64,000 nt of DNA from Deltaproteobacteria bacterium (lineage in GTDB: Bacteria; Myxococcota_A; Polyangia; JAAYKL01), in assembly GCA_016936575.1 (NCBI GenBank), contig JAFGXQ010000045.1:70664-134663 (forward strand), read 5' to 3'. Below, one piece after another: positions 1 through 9,038 of the stretch. Numbering within the stretch: position 1 is the stretch's first letter; each line of letters opens with the position of its first letter. The notes beneath the pieces were generated by a model, which ran no database searches, was not told the DNA's origin, and was given only the letters and a program-made list of their open reading frames with translations. A program made the translations under genes and the position numbers.

Positions 1-1835
1 GATTTTATGGTTTCTTCATCGGCGGGGTGTTCTTCTTTGTACATCTTAAGCGGCATTTTTCCGGTAATCCAGGCCGGATTCATCGGGTATGCCGAAGGTC
101 GGAATACCGCGGAATACAAATGCCACACCACTATGGCCAGTAACGCCAACCAGGCTTCGTAATAATGGATGATTAGCAATACATCGAGCAATCCCTTCGG
201 GAACATGCTCGCGGCGACATTATCTAACATCAGAAAGAAACCGGTCATCGACATAATCGCCGTGCCCCATACCAGGGCCCAGTACTCCGCCTTTTCCACA
301 TAGCTGAAGCGCCCGAACCGCGGATGTTCGCCTTTGCCGGTCACATTGTATTTGACCATCTGCAGCGCCTGAGTGACATCCATCCAGCGAGGCAGCATCC
401 CCTTCATGAAGGAACGGCCTTCCGCCGTGAACAAATAGCCCACATGAACAATGACAGTGAACACAAACACCATCGCCGAACCCCGATGAATCAATCCGCG
501 CATGGGCGCGCCGCCTTCCCATCCGAACAGAATATCCTCCCACCAGCTTCCCGAAAAGCGCAGCGCGAATCCGGTAACGCACAGCACGGTAAACGACAAC
601 ATCAGCAGAGAATGTTGCAGCACTGCCCAGCGGCTCATACGAACCACCTGATGTTTGGCATTGAAATGGTCTGCCAGCAGTTTTCGCAAATCGATGACGA
701 TATACACAATCATCGAACCGATCACCGCGAATATCAATGCGAAGTATATATTTTTCACCAGGTTGGCAATGGGTGTCCGTCCCTCACCGGGAGCCCCGTG
801 CACCGTGGTTTGCGCCATGGCTTCGTGAATATTATTATGACATTTTGAACATGTCTTTTTCAGATTGCTCGGATGAATAGAACTTTCCGGATCACTTTGA
901 GGTAAAATATCGTGATAGCCGTGGCACGACGCGCAATTGGCCACGGTAAGATCCCCCGCCTTGCTTTTCAACCCATGATAGGTGTCCACAAAACTTCTGA
1001 GCCGACCGGTGGGAATATTGAATTTTTCATTCAGCCGCGCGGATTCATGACACGGAGAACAGGTGGCTTCCGCCAATCGGGCGGCGTTCACAGGAGAGCG
1101 GTTGTCGTCGGGCGACAGAATTCCGTGCTCCCCATGACAATCGGTGCAAATCGGCGTATCGGTTTCTCCCCGTGCGGTCAGTTTGCCGTGAATTCCTTTC
1201 CAGTAGGCTTTTGCTTCCTTTTTATGGCATTTTCCGCAGGTATCGGGAATATTGAAGTGATTGATTGACGATGCCGAATCGCCGGGCGACAAAATTCGAT
1301 GTGCGGAATTTCCGGCGGAGTGGCAATCGTTGCATGCGGCAGCCTCGGGTTTCTTACCGTCTTTGGTGGCATGCCCGTGAACACTTTTCAGATATGTTTC
1401 CACCGCATCTGAAAACCAGAGATTATGCTTCTTAATCAACTTCGAATTCTGATGGCATTTCCCGCAGGTGACTGTCATATTCTTGGGGTGAACCTTCGAT
1501 TCGGGATCTGTATGCGGCAAAATTCCGTGTGTGCCGTGGCAATCTTTACACTTGGGTACATCGGCGTCGCCCACTTTACCACGCCCGTGCTCGGTATATG
1601 TCTCGACAGCGTCGTCATGGCAATCTCCGCACGCTACCGCCGCCATCTTCTCGGGATGTTCTCCCTCTTCAAGCACCGCTTCCGTATGACAATCGGTACA
1701 ATCCATGTCCTTATGGATGGAATGGGAATGCGCCTGTTCAATGGACTTCCCGTTGTCGTGGCATTTCAAACATGTCTCATCTGCCGCCGCGTTAAAAGAG
1801 TATAACAACAAAGCGAAAAAGAGATACTTTCTCAT
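1..1835 (-). CDS. Multihaem c-type cytochrome (11 CXXCH motifs) fused to a HydC/FdnI-type (Ni_hydr_CYTB/cytochrome b561-like) membrane dihaem b domain. Architecture is CbcL-like. The C-terminus runs off the window start.
   Basis: Manual minus-strand translation from the ATG at ~1835 gives MRKYLFFALLLYSFNAAADE (signal peptide) followed by 11 CXXCH motifs (CLKCH, CTDCH, CGDCH, CKDCH, CGKCH, CNDCH, CGKCH, CTDCH, CSPCH, CASCH, CSKCH). A hydrophobic domain follows with RMSRWAVLQHSLLMLSFTVLCVTGF (R..R..HW..L..TG-like) and further His-containing TM helices. The ORF track misses it because it has no stop within the window. Confidence 0.8.
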   Translation of the reverse strand, partial: MRKYLFFALLLYSFNAAADETCLKCHDNGKSIEQAHSHSIHKDMDCTDCHTEAVLEEGEHPEKMAAVACGDCHDDAVETYTEHGRGKVGDADVPKCKDCHGTHGILPHTDPESKVHPKNMTVTCGKCHQNSKLIKKHNLWFSDAVETYLKSVHGHATKDGKKPEAAACNDCHSAGNSAHRILSPGDSASSINHFNIPDTCGKCHKKEAKAYWKGIHGKLTARGETDTPICTDCHGEHGILSPDDNRSPVNAARLAEATCSPCHESARLNEKFNIPTGRLRSFVDTYHGLKSKAGDLTVANCASCHGYHDILPQSDPESSIHPSNLKKTCSKCHNNIHEAMAQTTVHGAPGEGRTPIANLVKNIYFALIFAVIGSMIVYIVIDLRKLLADHFNAKHQVVRMSRWAVLQHSLLMLSFTVLCVTGFALRFSGSWWEDILFGWEGGAPMRGLIHRGSAMVFVFTVIVHVGYLFTAEGRSFMKGMLPRWMDVTQALQMVKYNVTGKGEHPRFGRFSYVEKAEYWALVWGTAIMSMTGFFLMLDNVAASMFPKGLLDVLLIIHYYEAWLALLAIVVWHLYSAVFRPSAYPMNPAWITGKMPLKMYKEEHPADEETIK

Positions 1836-1963
1836 TATGCCTAATTCCTTTAGCTGTATTTTTGTACAAGACCGCTGCCGATTATTGTACGGCAAAAACT
1901 GATTTATGCAAACGGGATATGGAATACCAACTTCGACGAAGACAGCGCCAGGTTGCGTAAATG

Positions 1964-3193
1964 TTATCTGGCGCTTTTCAATTTGGAAAGAACGGGATTG
2001 GCGTAAATATCCAGCAACAGTTCACGCTGTTCTTCAGCTACCTGCGACAACCGACGCTCCATCTCGGATTTCGTTTCGACATGCCTATCCAGGACGAACA
2101 CCTCTTCATCTTTTCCTACCGGAACATCAGGAACCGTTCCGTATCGCATCTCGTACGCTACCAGATTACTCGGATGAAGCACATAATTTCGCCATATCTG
2201 CTGGTCAACGGCGTCTGCCACCTGCTCCGGGGTTTCGAACTCCCCTGCTACTACTTCACCAAAATGCACATGGACCGCCCCCTTCCTGCCGGTAATCCCC
2301 TGGCCGATACTCTTCAAGTCCTCGTGCTCTTCTTTCTCGTACACGCCGCCGTCCGCTTTGTGACTCAACTCAATCACTTTGGCAACGTCGCAGGGGTCCC
2401 ATTCATAAGAAATCGAAATCGGCACCAACTGAAGCGAGGAAATGAACCCGGACAGCGTTTCAGTTTTGCGGTCCCGACTCATCGACAACATTTTCATGAT
2501 AGCGGGTTCTGTTTTATCGAGACTGTCTTTCGCTCTGCCTTCCCGCTGGGCTATCCAGATAGACTCTCTTTCCTCCAGCAGTGAAAACCGAATATACTCG
2601 GATAGCTTTTTATACGCAGCCAACATCTGACGCCCGATGGCTGACCGATTCACAATGAAGCTCTTATTCAGACGCATCAAATCCGATGCGAACGGCTTCG
2701 AAAGCAGGTTGTCTCCGATGGCAATCCGAACAGTCTCGTGATCATTGTGATACAACGCATAGCTGACAAACGCCGGGTCCAAAGCAATATCCCGATGATT
2801 ACTCATAAACAGATATGCATTCCCCTGCTTCAGGTCATCGATTCCGCCGACCGAAAAATCACTGGTCGTCGACTCTATCATGCGGTCCATATATTTCTTA
2901 ACAATCTGCTGAAAGGACTTTACATCCGCAACGTTGCACAGTTCCTGCCTCAACGCCGCCTTCACAACCGTACGCGCCAGCGGCGGAATAATGGGTTGCA
3001 TCCTGGGCAGCTTCATTTTGGCCACAGTATCGAGCAGCTCTTTATCTGCGATTAGTCGCGCAAGAACGCCATTTACTTCAGTGTCCGCATATGGCCGAAT
3101 ATCATCATAATTTTCCAACATTCGCTCCTTCGTTTTCGCCGAACCCAAACGAAGGCGAGACCATACCGAAATGATCCCTACGTGTCGCCACAA
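1964..3193 (-). CDS. PlsC/GPAT-family glycerolipid acyltransferase
   Basis: Motif I-like NHRDIALD, motif II-like SFIVNRS, motif III-like REGRAK and motif IV-like LVPISISY, in the canonical order. Complete 409-aa ORF. Confidence 0.55.
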   Translation of the reverse strand: MWRHVGIISVWSRLRLGSAKTKERMLENYDDIRPYADTEVNGVLARLIADKELLDTVAKMKLPRMQPIIPPLARTVVKAALRQELCNVADVKSFQQIVKKYMDRMIESTTSDFSVGGIDDLKQGNAYLFMSNHRDIALDPAFVSYALYHNDHETVRIAIGDNLLSKPFASDLMRLNKSFIVNRSAIGRQMLAAYKKLSEYIRFSLLEERESIWIAQREGRAKDSLDKTEPAIMKMLSMSRDRKTETLSGFISSLQLVPISISYEWDPCDVAKVIELSHKADGGVYEKEEHEDLKSIGQGITGRKGAVHVHFGEVVAGEFETPEQVADAVDQQIWRNYVLHPSNLVAYEMRYGTVPDVPVGKDEEVFVLDRHVETKSEMERRLSQVAEEQRELLLDIYANPVLSKLKSAR

Positions 3194-3319
3194 AAACGCA
3201 CGTCATATTAAAAAACGCGCCTTTTCGAATCATTCACGTCGTGATTTCACCACTTGCGAGCAAACCACATTCTCATGTACGTTACCCACGTATCACGGCG
3301 CAGTCGCAGCGGTTGTGCG

Positions 3320-4834
3320 TTAAATGGATTCTACAACGATTTTATCTTTTTCCGGATCATATACGAAGGTACATCGACTAAGTGCTTGTTTCACTAAAAA
3401 TTTGCGTCCCATAATTGAAATCTGAGTTCCGGGATACACTATTTTGTGTACAACCACCCTGAACTCACAGCACACGAGTCGCTCTCTGGTCTTGGTGGCC
3501 AGCAGCGAGGACAATTCAGTGCGTTTTTTTTGCAATTCTTTCAGTGTGGCCAACACCTTCTCAATGGCGGCCACTTCATTTTCTGATTTTCCGGTGATAT
3601 CGGGCACGCCGTCTTCACATCCCAAAAATCGATTAATCTCCTGAATCGCCTCATTTACCGAAGCGCGCTCAGAGATAATCGCATTTTCGTCTTCTGTACG
3701 CTTTCCCAACTCGATTAGTGTATCCACCTCTTTAGGGCTGCCGATCTCCTTGGCCTCGACCCATTTTGAACACACAATATGCCCGCCTCGGATAATCCCT
3801 TTTCCGGAGGTAACTTTCACATTGTCGCCGGCCAGCACATCGCAGTTGTGCAAATTGTTCGCCACCACTACATCTCCATCGGCTTTCAGCTTCGCGTTTT
3901 GCGCGAACCGGGTGTAAATGGCACCCTTGGCGGTAAAAGACGACTCAATCCCCCCCTGTTTCAGTTCAATATCTCCCCCACTGTAAATAGTCACCTCTTT
4001 CACGGTTTTTCCCACAATTACATTGCCGGACGCACTCACCTCAAACCCGGGCGCCACAGTACCTCGTATTCGAATGGAGCCCGATTCCATGTGAATGTTT
4101 CCTGTATGAAAATCAACGTCTCCCGAATGTTCGAACACTTCGGTGATGCTGAGTACGCTGTGGGCGAATTGGATCATTCCACCGGCAACAGCACGAATTT
4201 CACCGAATTCCGAAATCGACACATTGTCACCAGCCTCGAACACCACATTCTTGCCGGAGCGCGCGGCTACCGCATTCCCAAATACATCGCACCCCGGACG
4301 TCCTTCCGTCGGGAAAGTCATCTTGCCCAGCAACTCACCCTTTTTCACAGTCGCAACAAACCCGCGCTCATGATAATCCACCCGATGATGTTCATCTTCC
4401 TCCCCCACCTGAATATCTGTCTGTATCAGCAGCTTCAGTTCCCCATCCCAACCGTCAATGGGCACAGTGCCTTCAGCCAGCACCAATCGCTCCGACTCGT
4501 CCGCCGATAACACCTTCTGTCGAATCCGGTCAAGCGCGTCTTCCGCAGGCGGAACAACAACAGACGCCGCCTGAAACGCCTGCTCGAGAAGGGGCTGGCT
4601 CAATGGAACACCATCTCCACGCGCATCATACGCCTGTTTCAGGAGAACCTGCATATTGTCATCAGAAACCGTCACCTCGATATGCGCATCCAGGTTTTTC
4701 ACCGCCGCCATGAAAACCCCATGCCCCGCATCCACCAACTCCATATTCTCCGCTGAAACGCCCAACACCGAAGTAGCCTGTTGTAGCGCCGCATCCCTGG
4801 TTTCGGCTTCCACTGTTGCGGTAAACTTATCCAT
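3320..4834 (-). CDS. FapA/DUF342-family protein (beta-helical C-terminal region)
   Basis: 504 aa. The C-terminal half has repetitive G-x-V/I beta-strand repeats (GNVIVGKTVKEVTIYSGGDIELKQGGIESSFTAKGAIY...GDVVVANNLHNCDVLAGDNVKVTSGKGIIRGGHIV) typical of DUF342, followed by a coiled-coil-like tail. Confidence 0.45.
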   Translation of the reverse strand: MDKFTATVEAETRDAALQQATSVLGVSAENMELVDAGHGVFMAAVKNLDAHIEVTVSDDNMQVLLKQAYDARGDGVPLSQPLLEQAFQAASVVVPPAEDALDRIRQKVLSADESERLVLAEGTVPIDGWDGELKLLIQTDIQVGEEDEHHRVDYHERGFVATVKKGELLGKMTFPTEGRPGCDVFGNAVAARSGKNVVFEAGDNVSISEFGEIRAVAGGMIQFAHSVLSITEVFEHSGDVDFHTGNIHMESGSIRIRGTVAPGFEVSASGNVIVGKTVKEVTIYSGGDIELKQGGIESSFTAKGAIYTRFAQNAKLKADGDVVVANNLHNCDVLAGDNVKVTSGKGIIRGGHIVCSKWVEAKEIGSPKEVDTLIELGKRTEDENAIISERASVNEAIQEINRFLGCEDGVPDITGKSENEVAAIEKVLATLKELQKKRTELSSLLATKTRERLVCCEFRVVVHKIVYPGTQISIMGRKFLVKQALSRCTFVYDPEKDKIVVESI

Positions 4835-5143
4835 CCTCCGTCTCCTTTTTCAATGCGCCCCCTCTCCTTCATATATAATATCGGCAACTTCCGAGAGAAC
4901 TTGAGTCATCCCCCACCCTGCGGTCTGATTTGGACAACGGCGAAACACCCGTTGCGCCAAAATACCTCACAACAATTATCGTAACTCCACCGCTAAAGTC
5001 GCTGGAAATAATCGCAGAAAAAAAAAACAGATTTGCTGGTATTCTGGTATTGTAGACAGCAATCATCGCCCTGATTATTCAACGAATTTGTGTTGTTTAC
5101 AGGAGACATGAACTTACTTGGAGTACCACTGATGATTCATAGA

Positions 5144-5827
5144 ATGAATGTACAGGAGGCGGCCGATATCCTTCGAATGCTCCGGCTGAGTATGTGCACA
5201 GCAGTAACGTTCCTTACATTTTCGCTCTCGGCATCCGCGCAGACCACGCAGGCTGAAGCGGCCGTTCCCTCTCCTCCCCTACTTCCCATGCCTGTTCAGA
5301 AACCGACGGCTCAGCACCAAGTGGAAGCTGTGATGGGACGAAATATGGACCGGGAATACCAGCGATATGCCGCAGTTGCGCAATACGCACCGGAACTCGA
5401 TGCCGGGTTCGCTGATTTTCTGTATGACGAGTACACCGCAAAACGCAACTCCGGTATTGTATTGGCCGGAGTCGCCACGCCGCTTGTATTAAGTTTTACC
5501 GCATTGGGTGTAGTTGGACTATATCGTGCCGGTGCACGGGATGAAGGCGGATTCTGCAACCACGAGTACTACGATGAATTCACAGAACAATACGAAACCG
5601 ACTGCAAAGGCGACTATGGAGAAGTGACCGGCATTATCCTCATCTCCACAGTGGGCGGTCTCACAGCAGCCGCGCTGTTCCTGCCGGGGCTGATCAAAAT
5701 CCTAAAATACAATAAACGAATCCGGCGACTGGAACCGCTGGTCGCCGCTCCGACAGCCGCACAGCAGCCGTCCCGATTCACTTTTGGAATGGGCCCTCGT
5801 TCACTCTCTCTGAGCATGCAATTCTAA
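5144..5827 (+). CDS. Hypothetical secreted/membrane protein
   Basis: ORF with a signal-like start (MNVQEAADILRMLRLSMCTAVTFLTFSLSASAQ) and two predicted TM stretches. No recognisable domain. Start placed at the internal Met. Confidence 0.35.
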   Translation: MNVQEAADILRMLRLSMCTAVTFLTFSLSASAQTTQAEAAVPSPPLLPMPVQKPTAQHQVEAVMGRNMDREYQRYAAVAQYAPELDAGFADFLYDEYTAKRNSGIVLAGVATPLVLSFTALGVVGLYRAGARDEGGFCNHEYYDEFTEQYETDCKGDYGEVTGIILISTVGGLTAAALFLPGLIKILKYNKRIRRLEPLVAAPTAAQQPSRFTFGMGPRSLSLSMQF

Positions 5828-5937
5828 TTTTCGATACCGCTTGTGCACAACAATTGGCACAGCAATCGGCACGGCAACGGGTTGCGTGACTGTGTGACAC
5901 ATAGTACACTTGGTGGCTACATCACCAGGAGTGCTTT

Positions 5938-6939
5938 ATGAAACCAGGGGTTCCGATATCAATTTTCTGTCTATTGCTTTGCACACAGCCGACACTGGCT
6001 GATGAACCGGACGATGAGGCATCTGCGGCATTCCAGGAGGGCATTCGGTTGTACGAAGCGGGGGAATACCCTCAATCTGCAACCGCGTTTCGCCGTGCCC
6101 ATTCGCTGAAGGCGAACTGGCGCCTTCTGTACAATATCGGTCAAGCGGAAGCCGCATCGAAGCGACCGGGAATTGCGCTGCAATCGTTTGAAGAATATCT
6201 GACAACGGGCGGCGACGATATACCCGAACAACGACGCGCCGAGGTAATGGAAGAAATTCGACGTTTGCGTGAGCTGGTAGGCGCACTTGAAATTGAAGCG
6301 CCCGAAAGCGCCGTAGTGTATATCGATGATGTCGAACGAGGCACAACGCCGTTGCCCGGATCTATCATGATTTCTGCCGGTGCAACGCACCGGGTTCGCG
6401 TTGTGCATAGCAATAAAGCAATTCTGGATAGGACTGTTCGGCTAAGTGGACGACAAACAAAAACATTACATGTGTCAGAAGATGGGCCAGAAGACGACGC
6501 CGCATCTTCGACAGAAGCCCCCTCCCCTTCTTCTGATACAGAAGCCACAGTGAATGAAGCTGCCGAACCAACCCCTGCGAATCCGTTGCCGAAATCAAAG
6601 CTGAAACCTATCGGAATCGCCATTCTGTCCACCGGCAGCGTGGTGCTTGCAGCGGGTATTGTCACTGGAGGGATAGCGCTTTCGAAGGAAAAGGAACTGA
6701 ACAGCATGTGCAACGGTTCTATCTGCTACGACACAAAGGCTGCCGACACGCTCAATAGCCGCGACAGGTTGGCAGTCGCGACCGATATTCTGATTCCCGT
6801 CGGCGCCGTGCTCGCTACGATAGGAGGTATTTTACTCATTGCGAACGCGAAAAAACAGTCTGAACGGGCTGTGCGAATTCAACCTGCGACCGGTAGCCAT
6901 TTCGCCGGTGTGGCACTGCACGGAGAGTTTTCGCTATGA
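5938..6939 (+). CDS. Signal-peptide protein with TPR-like N-terminus, a PEGA domain and a C-terminal membrane anchor
   Basis: Signal peptide MKPGVPISIFCLLLCTQPTLADE. PEGA-like segment AVVYIDDVERGTTPLPGSIMISAGATHRVRVV. Ser/Pro-rich linker, then a TM helix (IGIAILSTGSVVLAAGIVTGGIAL). Confidence 0.5.
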   Translation: MKPGVPISIFCLLLCTQPTLADEPDDEASAAFQEGIRLYEAGEYPQSATAFRRAHSLKANWRLLYNIGQAEAASKRPGIALQSFEEYLTTGGDDIPEQRRAEVMEEIRRLRELVGALEIEAPESAVVYIDDVERGTTPLPGSIMISAGATHRVRVVHSNKAILDRTVRLSGRQTKTLHVSEDGPEDDAASSTEAPSPSSDTEATVNEAAEPTPANPLPKSKLKPIGIAILSTGSVVLAAGIVTGGIALSKEKELNSMCNGSICYDTKAADTLNSRDRLAVATDILIPVGAVLATIGGILLIANAKKQSERAVRIQPATGSHFAGVALHGEFSL

Positions 6940-7673
6940 TGTTTTCCAAAACAAAAATTGTCTGCCTGATTGTCACCGGATTGCTGTGCGCGTGTCAGGC
7001 AATTCTTGAAAAAGAATACCATATCGTAACCGACTCGGATTCCATTTCGGACACATCGAACGATTCTGACTCCGGGACAGATTCCGAATCAGATCCCGAT
7101 GAGCACGACACCACATCTGACTCTATGGTGGACACGGAAACCGGAAGCGACTCGCTGAGTGCTCCCGGCGAAATAATACTATATGCAACCGACAATGTTC
7201 CCAACTCGCTGGAGGGAAGTCGCAGCGCCGCACGAAGTGTTTGCAGAGATGCTGCCAATGCATTCTTTGGAGAAAATCATACGTATCATATTGAAATGTT
7301 CATTTCCATGTCGGCGGAAGATACAATCGCACTGATGCCGCAAACCTTCGGATTCTCTCATGAGAGTCGAGTAGTGGGACCGAATACGGTAGAGATCGCG
7401 TCTTCGTGGACGGATCTGTTTTCTGGAGATCTGTCAGCCACACTCATGGAGGCGAATGTTACGGGCGGCGAAACCGACACTTATCCGTACTGGTGGAGCG
7501 GCAGCAATTCATCCGGCGGCCTGGCTTCCGCCTGCAGCGGCTGGACCATCACCGACGACACGCAAAATGCCACACTTGGCGCATTGGATTCATATGGCCC
7601 TTCGTGGCTGACGTCAGACACTACCAGTTGCGACGGCTGGTGGCGATTCCTTTGCATCGCCTTTGAGGAATAA
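6936..7673 (+). CDS. Lipoprotein with an acidic D/S/T-rich linker (hypothetical)
   Basis: Start overlaps the upstream stop (ATGA). Signal plus lipobox-like LLCAC, then DSDSISDTSNDSDSGTDSESDPDEHDTTSDS, then a globular domain of unknown function. Confidence 0.5.
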   Translation: MMFSKTKIVCLIVTGLLCACQAILEKEYHIVTDSDSISDTSNDSDSGTDSESDPDEHDTTSDSMVDTETGSDSLSAPGEIILYATDNVPNSLEGSRSAARSVCRDAANAFFGENHTYHIEMFISMSAEDTIALMPQTFGFSHESRVVGPNTVEIASSWTDLFSGDLSATLMEANVTGGETDTYPYWWSGSNSSGGLASACSGWTITDDTQNATLGALDSYGPSWLTSDTTSCDGWWRFLCIAFEE

Positions 7674-7826
7674 CACACCGAAAACACCGGACACCACAGG
7701 TACAGTAGATTATTGCACAATGATCAGAATACCTGATGTTCGGTGACATCAAAACCACAGAGTGATACACTACCCCCTTCAGAATAATTTCCTGTCTCGG
7801 CGTTGCCGGGCAACCGAACGGAATAG

Positions 7827-9023
7827 ATGATGAGGAACAATTTTCTATTACTTATTTTGGCAACAATTTTACTGTGCGGTACCGGATGTGACGACGGAGG
7901 CTCCGATGTGCGCCCCGGAACCGATGGTGACACAGATTCAGATACCGATGGCGATACGGATTCAGATGCGGATTCGGATACGGATGCTGACACGGATAGC
8001 GACACCGACAGTGATACTGACAGTGATGCAGATACCGATGGTGATACCGATGGTGATACCGATAGTGACAGCGATAGTGACAGTGATACCGACGCCGATA
8101 CCGACAGCAACGCCGACCCTGCTTCACTGATCACACCCATTGAACGAAACGGCGCATACGTACTGGAGTTTGAGTACAATGGAAACACATGGCACCTCGA
8201 AGCCCGACCGGACAACGCCGGCCGAATCGTTTCGTTTCAGCTCAATGACGCCGAAATCATCGCCGACAATACCATCGGCGCGTTGTACGGTTCTGACTTT
8301 CTGATCAGCCCTCAATCCAGCTTTGAAAACAGCAACTGGCCGCCGCCGAGCGATATGTACGCCACGCCGTACACCGCAAGTGCCGACGAAGAGAACGGCA
8401 GCATCACGATGCAAAGCGGCAACATCTCGTATGTGGGGGTAGTTTGGTCCATCACCAAAACCTATTCCGTGGACCTCGACGAAAAAGCGATTGTTCTGGA
8501 ATACACCTTTACCAATGAAGGTTCTGCCCCCCAGAGCGGCGCACCGTGGGAAATCACCCGAGTGCGGAGCGGTGGCTTATCGTTCTTCCCCATGGGGAGC
8601 GGTGCCATTACCTCCGGTCCCAGCTGGTTTACCGAATATCCGAACGAAGAATTGAACGGCACGGTTTGGTGCGATCATAGCGAAATTCAATCCTCCGGCG
8701 ACTATAAACTGTTCACCGACGGGTCGGACGGCTGGCTCGCGCACACCGACGGGACGCTGGTATTTGTAAAAACGTTTGACGACATTCCCGACGGATCTGA
8801 AGCACCAGACGAAGGCGAGATTGAACTGTACGGCAACCCCAACTACGAGGAAGTAGAACAGCAGGGCGCGTATGAATCAGTTCCCGCTGGCGAATCCGCT
8901 ACCTGGACAGTGAAATGGTACCTTCGTGACTTGCCGGTCGATGCCTCTGCCTCCGCAGGCGATACCCCCCTGCTCAATTTCGTTGAAGCCATCGCCCTGG
9001 GTGACGGCGGAAACACGTTCTAA
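7827..9023 (+). CDS. Lipoprotein with a (D-T/S-D-G)n linker and a C-terminal domain of unknown function
   Basis: [21 protein letters not shown] lipobox, then about 65 residues of DGDTDSDTD... repeat, then about 300 aa of globular sequence. Confidence 0.55.
   Translation: MMRNNFLLLILATILLCGTGCDDGGSDVRPGTDGDTDSDTDGDTDSDADSDTDADTDSDTDSDTDSDADTDGDTDGDTDSDSDSDSDTDADTDSNADPASLITPIERNGAYVLEFEYNGNTWHLEARPDNAGRIVSFQLNDAEIIADNTIGALYGSDFLISPQSSFENSNWPPPSDMYATPYTASADEENGSITMQSGNISYVGVVWSITKTYSVDLDEKAIVLEYTFTNEGSAPQSGAPWEITRVRSGGLSFFPMGSGAITSGPSWFTEYPNEELNGTVWCDHSEIQSSGDYKLFTDGSDGWLAHTDGTLVFVKTFDDIPDGSEAPDEGEIELYGNPNYEEVEQQGAYESVPAGESATWTVKWYLRDLPVDASASAGDTPLLNFVEAIALGDGGNTF
7919..8118. repeat. In-frame tandem hexa/dodecanucleotide repeat (GAY-ACN/AGY-GAY-GGY) encoding a (D-T/S-D-G)n linker
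   Basis: Visible periodic gataccgat / gacagcgat units. Coding, inside 7827..9023. Confidence 0.7.
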
Positions 9024-9038
9024 GCACACAGCATCCGG

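Noticed and set aside
324-1805. Plus-strand ORFs 324..848, 912..1268, 1425..1805, 1529..1795 listed in the track
   Set aside because: They lie antisense to the long CXXCH-rich cytochrome gene on the minus strand. Their translations are low-complexity and Arg/Gly-rich with no motifs. The real gene is absent from the track only because it lacks a stop in the window.
7724-8215. ORFs 7724..8215 (-), 7852..8127 (-), 7888..8130 (+) with SVS/HRY/IPM repeats
   Set aside because: These are alternative-frame or antisense readings of the hexanucleotide repeat that encodes the D-T-D-S linker of 7827..9023. Their periodic composition is an artefact of the repeat.
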